From positions 4,876 through 68,875 of the IMG/VR virus record IMGVR_UViG_3300037359_000101: a stretch of DNA of 64,000 bases; one strand, written 5' to 3'. The DNA comes from a virus. The notes beneath the pieces were generated by a model. The model made no database searches. It saw nothing but the letters and a program-made list of their open reading frames with translations, and had not been told where the DNA came from. Positions 55,983 through 64,000 of this stretch are shown here, one piece after another. Made by a program: the position numbers and the translations under genes. Position 1 is the stretch's first letter. Every line of letters starts with the position of its first letter.

Positions 55983-56483
55983 CTACTTGGATTTAGGTGC
56001 GGAGACAACCGGTTTCGGGAAGTTCAACTGAGCGATAGCGCCGAAGTAGCGGAGGGCTGCTGCGTCCCGGGCACGGGCTGCCGCCTCCTCTGAAAGGAAA
56101 AGTCCCAAATACACGCTTTTATTGTCCACGGTAATCCCGGCTTGCCACTTCTGAGCCTTTCGATGGAGAAATACCCCACGAAAACGGGACGTCTTCTGGG
56201 TCCTCGGCGTGCGATACGCCCTCTGGTTTCCCGTGTGAGTGGTCAACTCCAAATTCTCCCGCAAATTATTCAATCCGTTTCCGTCAATGTGGTTGACTTC
56301 CAGCCCAGCCGGCGCGCGCAGGATACAGCGATGGAGATACACATACCGCTTGCCCTCGTAGCGCGCGGCATTCCAAGTGTGCTTCCGTTTTTGGGCTGTC
56401 CAGCGGTGTTTACTAGCCCAGTTAAAAACATCGGTATCGACTTGGGCAAATAGCCCCTATGACAGCGGTAGCAGCTTTCTCAC
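55983..56483 (-). pseudogene. HNH-AP2 endonuclease with in-frame TAG at codon 9
   Basis: GTG 56483 overlaps the polymerase stop: MRKLLPLS*GLFAQVD...YLHRCIL...VNHIDGNGLNNLRENL...SRFRGV...KWQAGI...YLGLF..EEAAARARDAAA. Confidence 0.75.
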
Positions 56484-58462
56484 TTTAGGTAGTGTTTCAC
56501 TTCCTTGGCTTCGGCTGAAATCGGGCATCCCCGCAGCCACTCGGGGCAGTAGGACATAACCTGCTCGACGTCCTTGGCCGTAACGTTTTGGTCTACTTCC
56601 AACACAGCTTCGTCGTGTATGCTAAAGAGGGTGGTCCAGCCGGCGTCTTCCAGCTTAATGAGATGCTCGGCGAACACGTCCCGCGCGGTGGCCTGAACGA
56701 GATTCTCGGTCAACTTGCCCCCGTAGAATTTCTTCCAGCGGCCGTCAGTGGTTGCCGAATACTCGGTTGACCGCTTCGGCAGGCCGGTCTCTTTGTCCTT
56801 CTCGATCCGGGTGGATGCCCGCACGCGGTCATACCGGAGCTTTCTGCCATTGGGCAAGGTGATCGCAAAATCGCTTCCCACCGACATCTTGAACGAATTG
56901 CCCAGCCGCTCCCACAGCGCCACGATCTTCGGATTCTGCGCGCGAAAATCCTTCACGATCTGCTTGCTCGTGGCTCCCCAGCCGGACGCTTTCTTGACTG
57001 CCCCGGTGAACGGATTAGTCTCCTCGATCCACTCGGGATCATCGACGGTAATGTCCAGCCGGGCGAGGTCCTGGGCCATAGCGATGAACTTCTCCCATCC
57101 GCACTGGTAGCCAAGCCCGAGGATACGGGCTTTGGCCAACTTGTATTGCTTGGAATTCTTATCCATCTTGTCCCCGGTGAATCCCATCGACGTGCGAGCG
57201 TGGGCCACGTAGGGAGAATCGCCCGCAGACACCCGCTTGAGGAATTCCCAGTCACCCACGAGCCAAGCCAGCACCCGGGGCTCGATCTGGGACAAGTCCG
57301 ACACGATCATTTTCTTGCCCGGGCGCGGGATAATCAAACTCCGGAAGTCGATCACGTAGCGCATCCAGGAGGGTAGCTTTCCGGTCTCTTCACCCTCGTC
57401 CAGGCCGGCATCCACCCGCTTGTCGCTCAACTCCAGCAGCCCAAGCTCGTTGCACACGGCGGGCCGCTTGCGTTGGTTCTGGAGGTTAATACGGGCATCC
57501 CCCGACCAGCGGCCGGTGTGAGCGCCGAAAAACTTCAGAGAAAAAGGCAGCACTCCCTCCGGAGACAGGCGCTCCTTAATTGTCTCGAAGCTCTTGTATA
57601 GCTTGTTGATTGACCGCCATGCTCCGAGCGCGAGAATCCAAGGATGCTTCGGCGCGTAGGTTGCCTCCCAGGCAAGATAGGCTTCCTCGTCATCGCCCTT
57701 CACCGGAGGGCACGGAATACCAACCCGGCGGCATTGCTCCGCGATGCACTTGGTAGCCGTGGGCTTCACGTTGAATTCGTCCCAAGTGTCATCTTCGCCG
57801 GACTCCTTGATCCAGGGGATTAGGTTCTCGGTGTTTAAACGCATCTCGTGCGATTGCCAGATGTAGTCGTTTAGCTTTCCGGTGTCGATCTGGACGCCGC
57901 GCATTCCCTGCTCGCGCGTCATCACGCTCAGCCGGCGCTCCAGTTCGGGGAACTGCGGCGAGAACTTGTCCCAGAGCTTCCAGCACCAGAGGGCGTCCGA
58001 CCGGCCAGCGGCCATGATCTGTTCCCGCTCCGCTTCGCTATAGTCCTGCGGCCAGTTCTTCCCATCGGCCACGTCGCGGTATTCCTTGCTCACCCGGACG
58101 CCGAAAAGATGCTCCACTGCTTGCTGGAGCGCCCGACGATTGCAGAGGTAGGAAGTCAGGTCAGCGGTGCAATACCAAGAGGGCGTATCCAAGGCGGGTG
58201 CCCAGCCCCGCTTGACCATCTCCAGGTAAACCGCCTTATCGAATCGGGCATTGTGAGAGAGTAGCGGGCGGCCCTTAATCGAATCCCAGTTGAAATCCTT
58301 CCGGGGGCCAGACCAGCACTGCGACCCATCGGAGACTGAAATCAAGTAGGGATCGAATAGCTCGTGGGCGCAGTATTGCTCGGGGATCATTTGCTTGAGC
58401 CCGTAGCGGAGTTTCTTCGAGTAGAAAGTCTCGAAGTCGATTGCGACGGGATTCAAGCGCAA
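56480..58462 (-). CDS. polA: family A DNA polymerase with 3'-5' exonuclease
   Basis: IDFET, HNARFD, GAHTGRWSG, SDLSQIEPR (motif A), AKARILGLGY (B), TENLVQATARD, SIHDE (C). Confidence 0.95.
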   Translation of the reverse strand: MRLNPVAIDFETFYSKKLRYGLKQMIPEQYCAHELFDPYLISVSDGSQCWSGPRKDFNWDSIKGRPLLSHNARFDKAVYLEMVKRGWAPALDTPSWYCTADLTSYLCNRRALQQAVEHLFGVRVSKEYRDVADGKNWPQDYSEAEREQIMAAGRSDALWCWKLWDKFSPQFPELERRLSVMTREQGMRGVQIDTGKLNDYIWQSHEMRLNTENLIPWIKESGEDDTWDEFNVKPTATKCIAEQCRRVGIPCPPVKGDDEEAYLAWEATYAPKHPWILALGAWRSINKLYKSFETIKERLSPEGVLPFSLKFFGAHTGRWSGDARINLQNQRKRPAVCNELGLLELSDKRVDAGLDEGEETGKLPSWMRYVIDFRSLIIPRPGKKMIVSDLSQIEPRVLAWLVGDWEFLKRVSAGDSPYVAHARTSMGFTGDKMDKNSKQYKLAKARILGLGYQCGWEKFIAMAQDLARLDITVDDPEWIEETNPFTGAVKKASGWGATSKQIVKDFRAQNPKIVALWERLGNSFKMSVGSDFAITLPNGRKLRYDRVRASTRIEKDKETGLPKRSTEYSATTDGRWKKFYGGKLTENLVQATARDVFAEHLIKLEDAGWTTLFSIHDEAVLEVDQNVTAKDVEQVMSYCPEWLRGCPISAEAKEVKHYLK

Positions 58463-58677
58463 CGGTCCTCCACCATCGCCCGGTAGGCGTCAATAGTTCC
58501 TGACATTTGAGTTATCCTTTCTTCGAGAATTGCGATCTGCCGGTCTTTCTGTTCCAGCAGGCAGCCGGGACACACACCTGGATCAGAAGCGTGTGCCCGG
58601 CAGATTGTTACCGAGTCCGGCCCAGCGTCTTGCCGCAAGTCGGCTGGCGTCTCACTTTTTCTTGAATCATTCGACAT
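58453..58677 (-). CDS. small hypothetical protein
   Basis: C..H.....CPGC plus short coil. Confidence 0.45.
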   Translation of the reverse strand: MSNDSRKSETPADLRQDAGPDSVTICRAHASDPGVCPGCLLEQKDRQIAILEERITQMSGTIDAYRAMVEDRCA

Positions 58678-58958
58678 ACGAGCCCATTGAGGGCAGCCCC
58701 AACCTTACCAAGGAGGGCACCCGTCAGACAACTGCTATTTTCGGCAGGCTCCAGCGGCTCGTATAGCTGAGTCGGATGCTGGTTCCGGATGTTCCGGACC
58801 AGCGCCTCGACATCGGCGCTCACCTCGTCCAGGAAGTCCTGGCCCACCCGGTTGAACCGGCCGCCCCGAAACTTTTCAGAGCACCGGAGGGCGTGAGCCC
58901 GGATTGCGGACTCGTTGAGAAAACGCCCCGAGGAGAGATCGAGTGGCACGTCATTCAT
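58608..58958 (-). CDS. candidate histone-fold protein
   Basis: LNESAIRAHAL...RVGQDFLDEV...CGKTL. Confidence 0.4.
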   Translation of the reverse strand: MNDVPLDLSSGRFLNESAIRAHALRCSEKFRGGRFNRVGQDFLDEVSADVEALVRNIRNQHPTQLYEPLEPAENSSCLTGALLGKVGAALNGLVCRMIQEKVRRQPTCGKTLGRTR

Positions 58959-59595
58959 AATCGTCCTCGCCTTCCAGTTCCGCCGGTATCTCAAAGGACA
59001 TCGGCTTTTTGTTGCAGGGACACAGGACAGCGCCAGACTCTTCCAGCCACTTCCGGCTGGTGCGGATGGAATAGCCGCAATCTTTGCACTCGCACTTGAC
59101 CATGCGGGTGGTTTGTTTTTTCGTGGGCCGCTGCGAGGGCTTCAGTTCCGCGTGCGGGTATTCGCCTAGGTCTTTCACCCAGCCGGCGGCGCGCTCCAGG
59201 AATTCCTTGCCACCCGTGGTGGAAGTCATTTTACCCTCCAGACCGATTGAGGTGGCGCACGCCTTGAAAACCTTGCCGTGCTTTGCCTTGTTGCCCACGA
59301 CTGCGTGACAGACTTCGTGTGCAAGGATTGCGAGGACCCCGACTTCACCCAGCGGCTTGTAGATGCGCGGCGAGATGAAAACCTGCGCCACGCTATCCCC
59401 GGCGGACTCGGCTGCCCAGCACTCACCACCAGCGGGACGCTTCGAGGACAGACCCCGGCTGGAAGGCCAGCCGCAGGACACCCGGACCCGGGGCACTTTA
59501 TATTTCCCCTTCTCGAAAAGGGGAACCATTAATCGGACAGCGGCCTCTAGCCACTGCTCGCGCGTTTCGTATTTCAACTTGCTTTGTTTTTTCAT
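58951..59595 (-). CDS. SprT-like zinc metalloprotease with C-terminal Zn ribbon
   Basis: LAHEVCH...HGKVFK; CECKDCGY...CPC. Confidence 0.8.
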   Translation of the reverse strand: MKKQSKLKYETREQWLEAAVRLMVPLFEKGKYKVPRVRVSCGWPSSRGLSSKRPAGGECWAAESAGDSVAQVFISPRIYKPLGEVGVLAILAHEVCHAVVGNKAKHGKVFKACATSIGLEGKMTSTTGGKEFLERAAGWVKDLGEYPHAELKPSQRPTKKQTTRMVKCECKDCGYSIRTSRKWLEESGAVLCPCNKKPMSFEIPAELEGEDDYE

Positions 59596-59598
59596 AAA

Positions 59599-59808
59599 TC
59601 ACTCTACCGGAATCGGCACTCCGTTGCAGCGGTCCGTTCCGTGCTCCCACGAACGGCTAAGCAGTTCATCTTGTTGCGCGCGGTTGAGCGCAACTGGCGC
59701 GACTTTGAAGTCTACCCCCACATACTGAGAACATAGCGGCATCTCGCTCGACTTCGTGTCTGGGTGGCGGGGCTGCTCATGCCCGCAACGGTTGCATTTC
59801 CATTTCAT
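59599..59808 (-). CDS. small Cys-containing protein
   Basis: WKCNRCG; ATG start. Confidence 0.5.
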   Translation of the reverse strand: MKWKCNRCGHEQPRHPDTKSSEMPLCSQYVGVDFKVAPVALNRAQQDELLSRSWEHGTDRCNGVPIPVE

Positions 59809-59811
59809 AAA

Positions 59812-60279
59812 TTATTTGCTGCGACCGAATTCATCCACTTCGCGCCAGACCTGTGCCACCACTTCCGCCGGCATCCGGCCCATCGAGCGCGGTTGCAATT
59901 CCACTCCGAAGCTCTGCCAGTCCAGGTCCCCATTGGCCCGGCGCGGCACCTCCAAGTCAGTGCCCTTCGCCCAGGAGGGGCCCATCCACTCACCGCGCTG
60001 CCGGGCAACTTCGTAGGCGTTGCCGTTCTTGTCCACCACGATATGGCCCCACTGGCCGAAAGCATCCGGAGCATTCGAGACCGTCACGACGCGAAAAGCA
60101 ACCGGCGGAAAATTGTCTGGTTGCGCCTGCGCCCAGCGGAGGGTGTCTTCGGCCTTCTGGAGCCACGCCCGGGCGCGCTTCGCGTTCGCCAAAGCGATCT
60201 TGGTCTTCTGTTGAACCAATGCGGACTTCGAGCTAAAATGAATCCGCGCCAGCGACTCGTGAACTTCGTTTATATTCAT
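59812..60279 (-). CDS. hypothetical protein
   Basis: ATG 6 nt after a TGGTAATTT -10 box. Confidence 0.65.
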   Translation of the reverse strand: MNINEVHESLARIHFSSKSALVQQKTKIALANAKRARAWLQKAEDTLRWAQAQPDNFPPVAFRVVTVSNAPDAFGQWGHIVVDKNGNAYEVARQRGEWMGPSWAKGTDLEVPRRANGDLDWQSFGVELQPRSMGRMPAEVVAQVWREVDEFGRSK

Positions 60280-60285
60280 GCCTCT

Positions 60286-60313
60286 AAATTACCAGAGTGT
60301 GTAAACATTGCAA
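60286..60313 (-). promoter_or_regulatory. host sigma70-like promoter TTGCAA-N16-TAATTT (extended -10)
   Basis: Read on the reverse complement. Confidence 0.45.
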
Positions 60314-60350
60314 CCCCTAAAAGCGCGATTTTTACGATTATAGTTTTACT

Positions 60351-60384
60351 AATAAAAAGGGCCTGTCCCATAAGGACAGGCCCT
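60351..60384 (-). terminator. rho-independent terminator
   Basis: AGGGCCTGTCC/GGACAGGCCCT 11-bp stem followed by TTTTATT on the minus strand, just after 60402. Confidence 0.85.
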
Positions 60385-60401
60385 GCGAGTGCTTTCTTAG
60401 C

Positions 60402-61292
60402 CTAGCTGGCCGCTTCCGTCTCCGGCGCGCCGAGCACAGAGGCAACGAAGTTGAGAAAAGCGGGGCTGGTCTTCTGCCCGGGCAGGCAGACCGGAATCCA
60501 CGCCTTGTTACCATTCGGGTAAGGCTTCTCGCGGGTGGCGATAGTGAAGCTATACGTCGGATACCCTTTCTTGAGGATGCCCACCGCGCGACCGGTGAAG
60601 AACACCCGCTTGGCCGCCTCGGTGTAAGCCGTGCCTTTCATCGCCCACAGAGCGAGCGCGTATTTCTTGCCGTCCACATCATAGCCGAACACCGTGTCAT
60701 CGTCGGCGCAGTCGTCCGGGCGCTGGACGGCAACGAGCGCATCCGCCAGAGGCTGGAAGAGCTTCATTCCCGAAGCCTTTTTCAGTTCAAACTCTTTGTG
60801 GTCCAAAGTCCCCCCGTTCTGGGCAACCTCGGCCTCCGAGTTGAGGGTTAGGCCCTGGACGCCACCCACGACTTTCTCGCTGAAGCGAGTGGGGCGGAAA
60901 CCAAGGACCACGATAACCGCCGGAGCGGATGCTTTGGCAACTTCGACACCCTTCTCCATCTTGGGCGGAGTGAACACGACCGTCTGGCGACCCAGGACCA
61001 CCATGCCGGGCGAGAAGGACTCCTTCAGTTCACCGATGTTCTGCACGAGGTTGATGCGCGGCAGAATGATGTCCTTGAAATCCGGGATTTTGTCGCCCAG
61101 GACGAGACCGCTCGGGCCAATCTTGCTGACCGGCTGCGGTGCGGTAGTCGCGGGCAACTGGCTCGCGGGTGCCGCAGGCGCAACAGCCACAGGAGCGGCA
61201 GCCACAGGCGCGGGAGCGGCGGGAGGCGGAGGTGTCGGCGCTACCGCATCAGCGGGGGTGGCCGGAGTTTGATTCGAGAAGTTTACTTCCAT
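60402..61292 (-). CDS. highly expressed replication-module protein, probable ssDNA-binding protein
   Basis: DIILPRINLVQ motif; follows the nuclease gene; own terminator; function inferred. Confidence 0.5.
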   Translation of the reverse strand: MEVNFSNQTPATPADAVAPTPPPPAAPAPVAAAPVAVAPAAPASQLPATTAPQPVSKIGPSGLVLGDKIPDFKDIILPRINLVQNIGELKESFSPGMVVLGRQTVVFTPPKMEKGVEVAKASAPAVIVVLGFRPTRFSEKVVGGVQGLTLNSEAEVAQNGGTLDHKEFELKKASGMKLFQPLADALVAVQRPDDCADDDTVFGYDVDGKKYALALWAMKGTAYTEAAKRVFFTGRAVGILKKGYPTYSFTIATREKPYPNGNKAWIPVCLPGQKTSPAFLNFVASVLGAPETEAAS

Positions 61293-61334
61293 TTTGTTTG
61301 ACCTTTCATTTTTATTTGTTTATGTTTCGTTTGT

Positions 61335-62579
61335 TCAATCCTTCACCGGGATCGCTCGCAAGAAGGAAAACTTGTCCCCGAGTTTAACAGCACCGGTGTC
61401 CAGTAACAACTGCTTAAACTCCTCAACGGTATTTTTCTTGTGGCCCCGAGGAGCCTTCTCGGAAATCAGGTCCTCGACGCTGCCAAAGGTGCATTCAAGC
61501 GTAGTTTGGAATTCCGACTCGGTGAGATACTTGAGAGCCGCCGTCTTTAGCTTCGCCATGTCAAGAAGCTCCCGCTTCTGCATCTCCTGGACCTTCTGTC
61601 CCGCCGGCATGGGGGCATCGCCACGGATCACGCGTTCAGTCACCTGGGACCGGAACGCATCGCACCAGACTTTGAGCACTGCCGCCAGCCTAAGGCCCAG
61701 CGCGGTCTGGTCCGGCGAGTTAATCAGGCTCGGCGTGATGTTCTCGGGAATCTCAACCGGGTGAAACTTGCGAGCCACTTTGCAGGCGAAGGCGCAGACT
61801 TTATCACAGCGGCCAAGCTCCGCGCAGAAATTACAGACCGGCACTCCAGGCCGGGCCATCGAAAAGTCTCCCTTGCTACGGGCTTCCCGGGCGCGAGCCA
61901 CGACCGTCTGCACCCGCAGATACAACTCGGGGATTTGATCCCGGTTGAACAGGGCCTCGCTGGTGTAGTCCAAGTGCGGTTGCTTGAAAAATAGGCGGAC
62001 CGAGAGCAACGAAGGATACATCCGGAATAGCCCCAGCACGTAAGCGATGCCCTGGAGGTTGTTAGCGGCGCTCTCGACGGGCCACTTGCCGAATTTCCAA
62101 TCGAACATCTCGGCGTGCGTCTTGTCCCAGTTGAGGAGAACGCGATCCACGTAGCCGGAAGTGGTGCAGTCAGCGTCCGGGAATTTCAGGTCATCGACGG
62201 CCAGCTTGACTTCCTTCAACTCCGTAACCTTGAAAAACTCAGGCTTTGCGTGCTGACCGTCATACCGTGCCTCAGCCCGCGCGCGGTCCGCTTCCTCCTG
62301 CATGATCTGAGCATGGCGAGCCACAAAGTCCAAGCACTCAGCGGCGGCCATTGTATCTTCGTCGCTCAGCCGGTTATCGTCCTCGCCCGTCTCGACGACA
62401 CCGTGGGCGCGCGTCCCGGCGGTAGTGCGCTCGTGCTCAACTTTCGCCTGCTTTCCCCGGTAGCACGGACACCACTCCAGATTCTGGAGGGTGGACGGGC
62501 TATAGGGATGATGCTTCCTGTCCTCGGCGACAGGTGCGACAGGTTCGACAGGTGCCGGGATAACAGGTTGGTCACTCAT
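61335..62579 (-). CDS. Cas4-like / PD-(D/E)XK exonuclease (DUF2800-like)
   Basis: SPS...CP, GTRAH, GYVD, DWKFG, NLQ..AY, CNFC.....C. Confidence 0.85.
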   Translation of the reverse strand: MSDQPVIPAPVEPVAPVAEDRKHHPYSPSTLQNLEWCPCYRGKQAKVEHERTTAGTRAHGVVETGEDDNRLSDEDTMAAAECLDFVARHAQIMQEEADRARAEARYDGQHAKPEFFKVTELKEVKLAVDDLKFPDADCTTSGYVDRVLLNWDKTHAEMFDWKFGKWPVESAANNLQGIAYVLGLFRMYPSLLSVRLFFKQPHLDYTSEALFNRDQIPELYLRVQTVVARAREARSKGDFSMARPGVPVCNFCAELGRCDKVCAFACKVARKFHPVEIPENITPSLINSPDQTALGLRLAAVLKVWCDAFRSQVTERVIRGDAPMPAGQKVQEMQKRELLDMAKLKTAALKYLTESEFQTTLECTFGSVEDLISEKAPRGHKKNTVEEFKQLLLDTGAVKLGDKFSFLRAIPVKD

Positions 62580-62581
62580 TT

Positions 62582-62833
62582 TCAGTAGGCTCCTCCAGCG
62601 AGAAGCTCTTTCAGGCGGCAGGCCACCTTGTAGAGCGTGCGGCACTCAATCACCCGAAGCGCCTGCGGAGAGATGCCCAGTTGCTTAGCGCACTCCTTGG
62701 CCTCCATCAGCTTCGGAAGCTGGTTTGCGATAACAGCGCCGGCAGCCACCTCTTGCTTCCAAGCGGCGGAGCGGTCGACTTTGCGCGCCAGGGGAAGCCC
62801 GGTCTTTTTCGACAGCTTGATCTTAGCGGGCAT
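62582..62833 (-). CDS. small sigma region-4-like HTH protein
   Basis: ECAKQLGISPQALRVIECRTLYK; likely start MPAKIK. Confidence 0.55.
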   Translation of the reverse strand: MPAKIKLSKKTGLPLARKVDRSAAWKQEVAAGAVIANQLPKLMEAKECAKQLGISPQALRVIECRTLYKVACRLKELLAGGAY

Positions 62834-62990
62834 TGCGGGCCTCCTGGACTGCGTAGAACGCGCGGGTTGACTTGACTTCCTTCCGTCCCGACGTCCTCCG
62901 GAAAACTTCGGAGGCGGGTGGAGTTTGATGACCGTTCGCTTTCGCTTGGTCACGAGCCACGAGGCGCTCGGCTTTGGGTATGTTCGTCAT
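62823..62990 (-). CDS. 55-aa basic protein
   Basis: MTNIPKAERLVARDQAK...ARNAR*; downstream of a promoter-like motif. Confidence 0.45.
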   Translation of the reverse strand: MTNIPKAERLVARDQAKANGHQTPPASEVFRRTSGRKEVKSTRAFYAVQEARNAR

Positions 62991-63005
62991 ATTTAATTTT
63001 GTTCA

Positions 63006-63034
63006 ATATTACCACTCATTGACGGGAGTGACAA
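63006..63034 (-). promoter_or_regulatory. host sigma70-like promoter TTGTCA-N17-TAATAT
   Basis: Near-consensus boxes with TG extension. Confidence 0.55.
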
Positions 63035-63122
63035 CCGTTTTCTTACATTAAATCAGGGCGGGACCAAAGACACTTGACACAGTAATGGCCCCCGAGAACT
63101 GGGTCTCTACGAAAGGTGTGGA

Positions 63123-63314
63123 CTATTTGCCCATCACTCGTTTGGCAAGCTGATCCCTGGCGGGCTCCCCTGTTGGTTTCCAGCCGTGCTCTACCGCATT
63201 CAGGAGGTTCTTTTGTCGCTGCGCCTTTGCGGGAGTGGTGGCTTTTGCTTTGACTCCGCCGGGTGTTCTGACCTGGACTTTTCCGCCGCCGACTGATTTC
63301 ATTTTGACGGGCAT
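63123..63314 (-). CDS. small basic phage protein
   Basis: TPGGVKAKATT.AKA..Q..LLNAVEHGWKPT. Confidence 0.65.
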   Translation of the reverse strand: MPVKMKSVGGGKVQVRTPGGVKAKATTPAKAQRQKNLLNAVEHGWKPTGEPARDQLAKRVMGK

Positions 63315-63344
63315 AGATAGTAGTGAGTGAGTAGGTGCCGCTGC

Positions 63345-63626
63345 TCATAAACAGTCCCCCAGGAACCCCCGCTTGGTCAACACTGTCCGCACCGCCATTG
63401 ACCACTTGCGGCACCACTGCGCCGATTTCTTGAGGTAGCATGGACGAAAAGAGCCGTTGCCTTTCGGGACCTTGCCGTGGCCGCCCCGGGACTCGCCCAG
63501 GTAATACGGCTGCTCTGCGGCGAGCACCGGAGAGATCACCATCAGAAAACGGTATCCCGGGCGGCGCTCAATCCGACAGTCGGAGTCATACTGAAAATGG
63601 TTCTTCCGGTAGGCGCGAGTGCTCAT
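63345..63626 (-). CDS. hypothetical protein
   Basis: ATGA-coupled. Confidence 0.5.
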   Translation of the reverse strand: MSTRAYRKNHFQYDSDCRIERRPGYRFLMVISPVLAAEQPYYLGESRGGHGKVPKGNGSFRPCYLKKSAQWCRKWSMAVRTVLTKRGFLGDCL

Positions 63627-63886
63627 AGGTAAGCAGCCCGGTTGATCCTCCGGCGCTCCCGGCGGTTCGGAAAACCCGGCGGAGGCGCTTGATGGACATA
63701 CGGCGCAGGTGGCGCGGCGGGCTTGGGCGCAGGAGGCGGAGCCGGAGGATGCCTTCGCGCTGCCCGGTTGGGTCCCGGATTAGGCTTCTGGTAGTGTTTG
63801 TGATAGGCGTAGCGCCAGCCGCTTTTCTCGCGCGCTGGATTCTCCAGGGCATCAATGGACGTCATCAATCGTCGGTGTGCTTTCAC
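63623..63886 (-). CDS. basic Pro-rich hypothetical protein
   Basis: PNRAARR and PNRRERRR motifs; coupled. Confidence 0.5.
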   Translation of the reverse strand: MKAHRRLMTSIDALENPAREKSGWRYAYHKHYQKPNPGPNRAARRHPPAPPPAPKPAAPPAPYVHQAPPPGFPNRRERRRINRAAYL

Positions 63887-64000
63887 CTTTTACCTTTCGG
63901 ATTGGCTGATCTGTTGCAGTTGGTCTGAGGTGAACTCGTCCCGGAAGTGGCGTTCGCTGGTGAGGATGAATAGCCCCACGATGTCCCGGGGCTGCTCTTC

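Noticed and set aside
56457-56459. Genome-wide TAG-to-Gln recoding (genetic code 15)
   Set aside because: Only one in-frame TAG seen; long genes, including the 10-kb ORF, are intact in the standard code; TAG ends several tightly packed genes (19751, 39447, 50429); no suppressor tRNA seen
8838-60310. TGTGTAAACA / TGTTTACACA as an operator (about 8840, 13266, 52762, 60300)
   Set aside because: Several copies fall in coding sequence with no consistent position; significance cannot be judged without statistics

Overview
The window is almost entirely a dsDNA tailed-phage genome segment with podovirus-like gene order. It has no rRNA, tRNA, CRISPR array or host housekeeping genes that I can see. 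Minus-strand arms (1-5196 and 50426-64000) hold nucleotide metabolism and replication or regulation genes: dNMP-kinase-like, DUF1937/dNTP-diphosphohydrolase fusion, family A DNA polymerase, primase-helicase, Cas4/PD-(D/E)XK nuclease, RuvC, phage sigma factor, metallophosphoesterase, SprT-like protease and a candidate histone fold. The plus-strand arm (5644-50429) holds accessory genes, a serine recombinase, terminase, portal, scaffold, major capsid, lysis-like genes, tail and fibre genes and ejection proteins. The host is inferred to be a Verrucomicrobium from a characteristic C-terminal sorting-like domain hidden behind a frameshift. Most notable: (1) a five-gene GDP-L-fucose synthesis plus glycosyltransferase cassette (GT-GT-fcl-gmd-GT) coupled between scaffold and major capsid genes, a candidate virion-fucosylation system; (2) a 3355-aa polyvalent protein in the ejection module carrying a zincin peptidase, a radical SAM enzyme, GNAT, histidine phosphatase and a glycosylase-like domain, with about 10 Q-[FY]-Q-like linkers at domain boundaries, a candidate injected self-processing polyprotein; (3) a recurring TTGAC-N17/18-GACTRT promoter-like motif before late genes, mostly positioned for leaderless mRNAs, matching a divergent phage-encoded sigma factor. 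All calls come from reading motifs by eye; no database search was run.
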